The position numbers and the translations under genes were made by a program. Positions 63,419-64,000 of a DNA stretch of 64,000 nt are shown piece after piece. The notes below the pieces were generated by a model that was given only the letters and a program-made list of their open reading frames with translations, searched no databases and was not told where the DNA came from. Positions within the stretch are counted from its first letter, which is position 1. Each line of letters starts with the position of its first letter. Source of the stretch: Octopus bimaculoides (taxonomy: Eukaryota); assembly GCF_001194135.2 (NCBI RefSeq), contig NC_068986.1, forward strand, positions 40,183,998-40,247,997. Direction: 5' to 3'.

Positions 63419-64000
63419 CTTTTTTCGTTAATTGATTTCTATTATAACTCTTCTATTCCGCTTTTTTTAAAATCTTCTTTACAATCCTTCGCCCCAATTT
63501 CTGGACAAACTCTACACATTACCAGGTTGTTTATTCACCAGCTGTGGGTTCCCTCAGGGTTTACTCTATACACCTGTTGGTCACTTAATAATAGGCTGTT
63601 CTGTTTCCATTTTATTTTTATACTTCCTCTTATTATTTTATTTATTTTTTTTGTCTAGCTAGATCATCTTGCATTTTTTTTTCTTTCTCCCATGTCCAAT
63701 TAAATTCCTCTTGCTCTAGTGCAGTAAGATACATTTTACAGTTACTAATCCATACTATCTGATATCATATCAGATTTAAAACACAGACCTTTTAAACTTT
63801 GAGTCTTAAATCTGTTGCCATTTAACCCCAGGTTATTTCTGGTTGATCAAACCTAGGATCAAAGGCATTCCAGTTATGACCAACCCATTTATGTTTGATA
63901 ATATATAAAATAATACTACACACACATATAATAGGACTTCATTACCTTATGTGTACTTTTAAAAGGAAAGAGTGTGAGTTGAGGGAGGTTTGACTGCAAG

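Overview
This is AT-rich animal genomic DNA with scaffold N-gaps and dense microsatellites. The SINE families, RTE LINE remnants and (TA)n/(CA)n content strongly suggest an Octopus-like coleoid cephalopod (inference from repeat character, not a database hit). Most of the window is interspersed repeats: a composite tRNA-derived SINE (family A), a second SINE (family B, two copies with 17-18 bp TSDs, often in head-to-tail arrays), RTE LINE fragments and their (GAT)n-tailed 3' ends, a decayed Tc1 transposon, MITEs of piggyBac-, Tigger/pogo-, hAT- and Merlin-like type, a ~200 bp-arm foldback and a ~41 bp minisatellite. No complete gene could be recognised. There are two promoter-like CpG-rich regions (~18.3-18.6 kb and ~35.5-37.1 kb), each followed by a plausible + strand first coding exon ending in phase 1 (one signal-peptide-like, one Arg-rich with a strong internal hairpin). 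Several small candidate exons occur on both strands. CpG content switches between rich and depleted multi-kb domains, which may outline methylated gene bodies. The most unusual small features are relic minimal-hammerhead motifs of Penelope type, nested hairpin insertions inside SINEs and a telomere-repeat-containing MITE. All gene-level calls are tentative, and element boundaries without TSD/TIR support are approximate.
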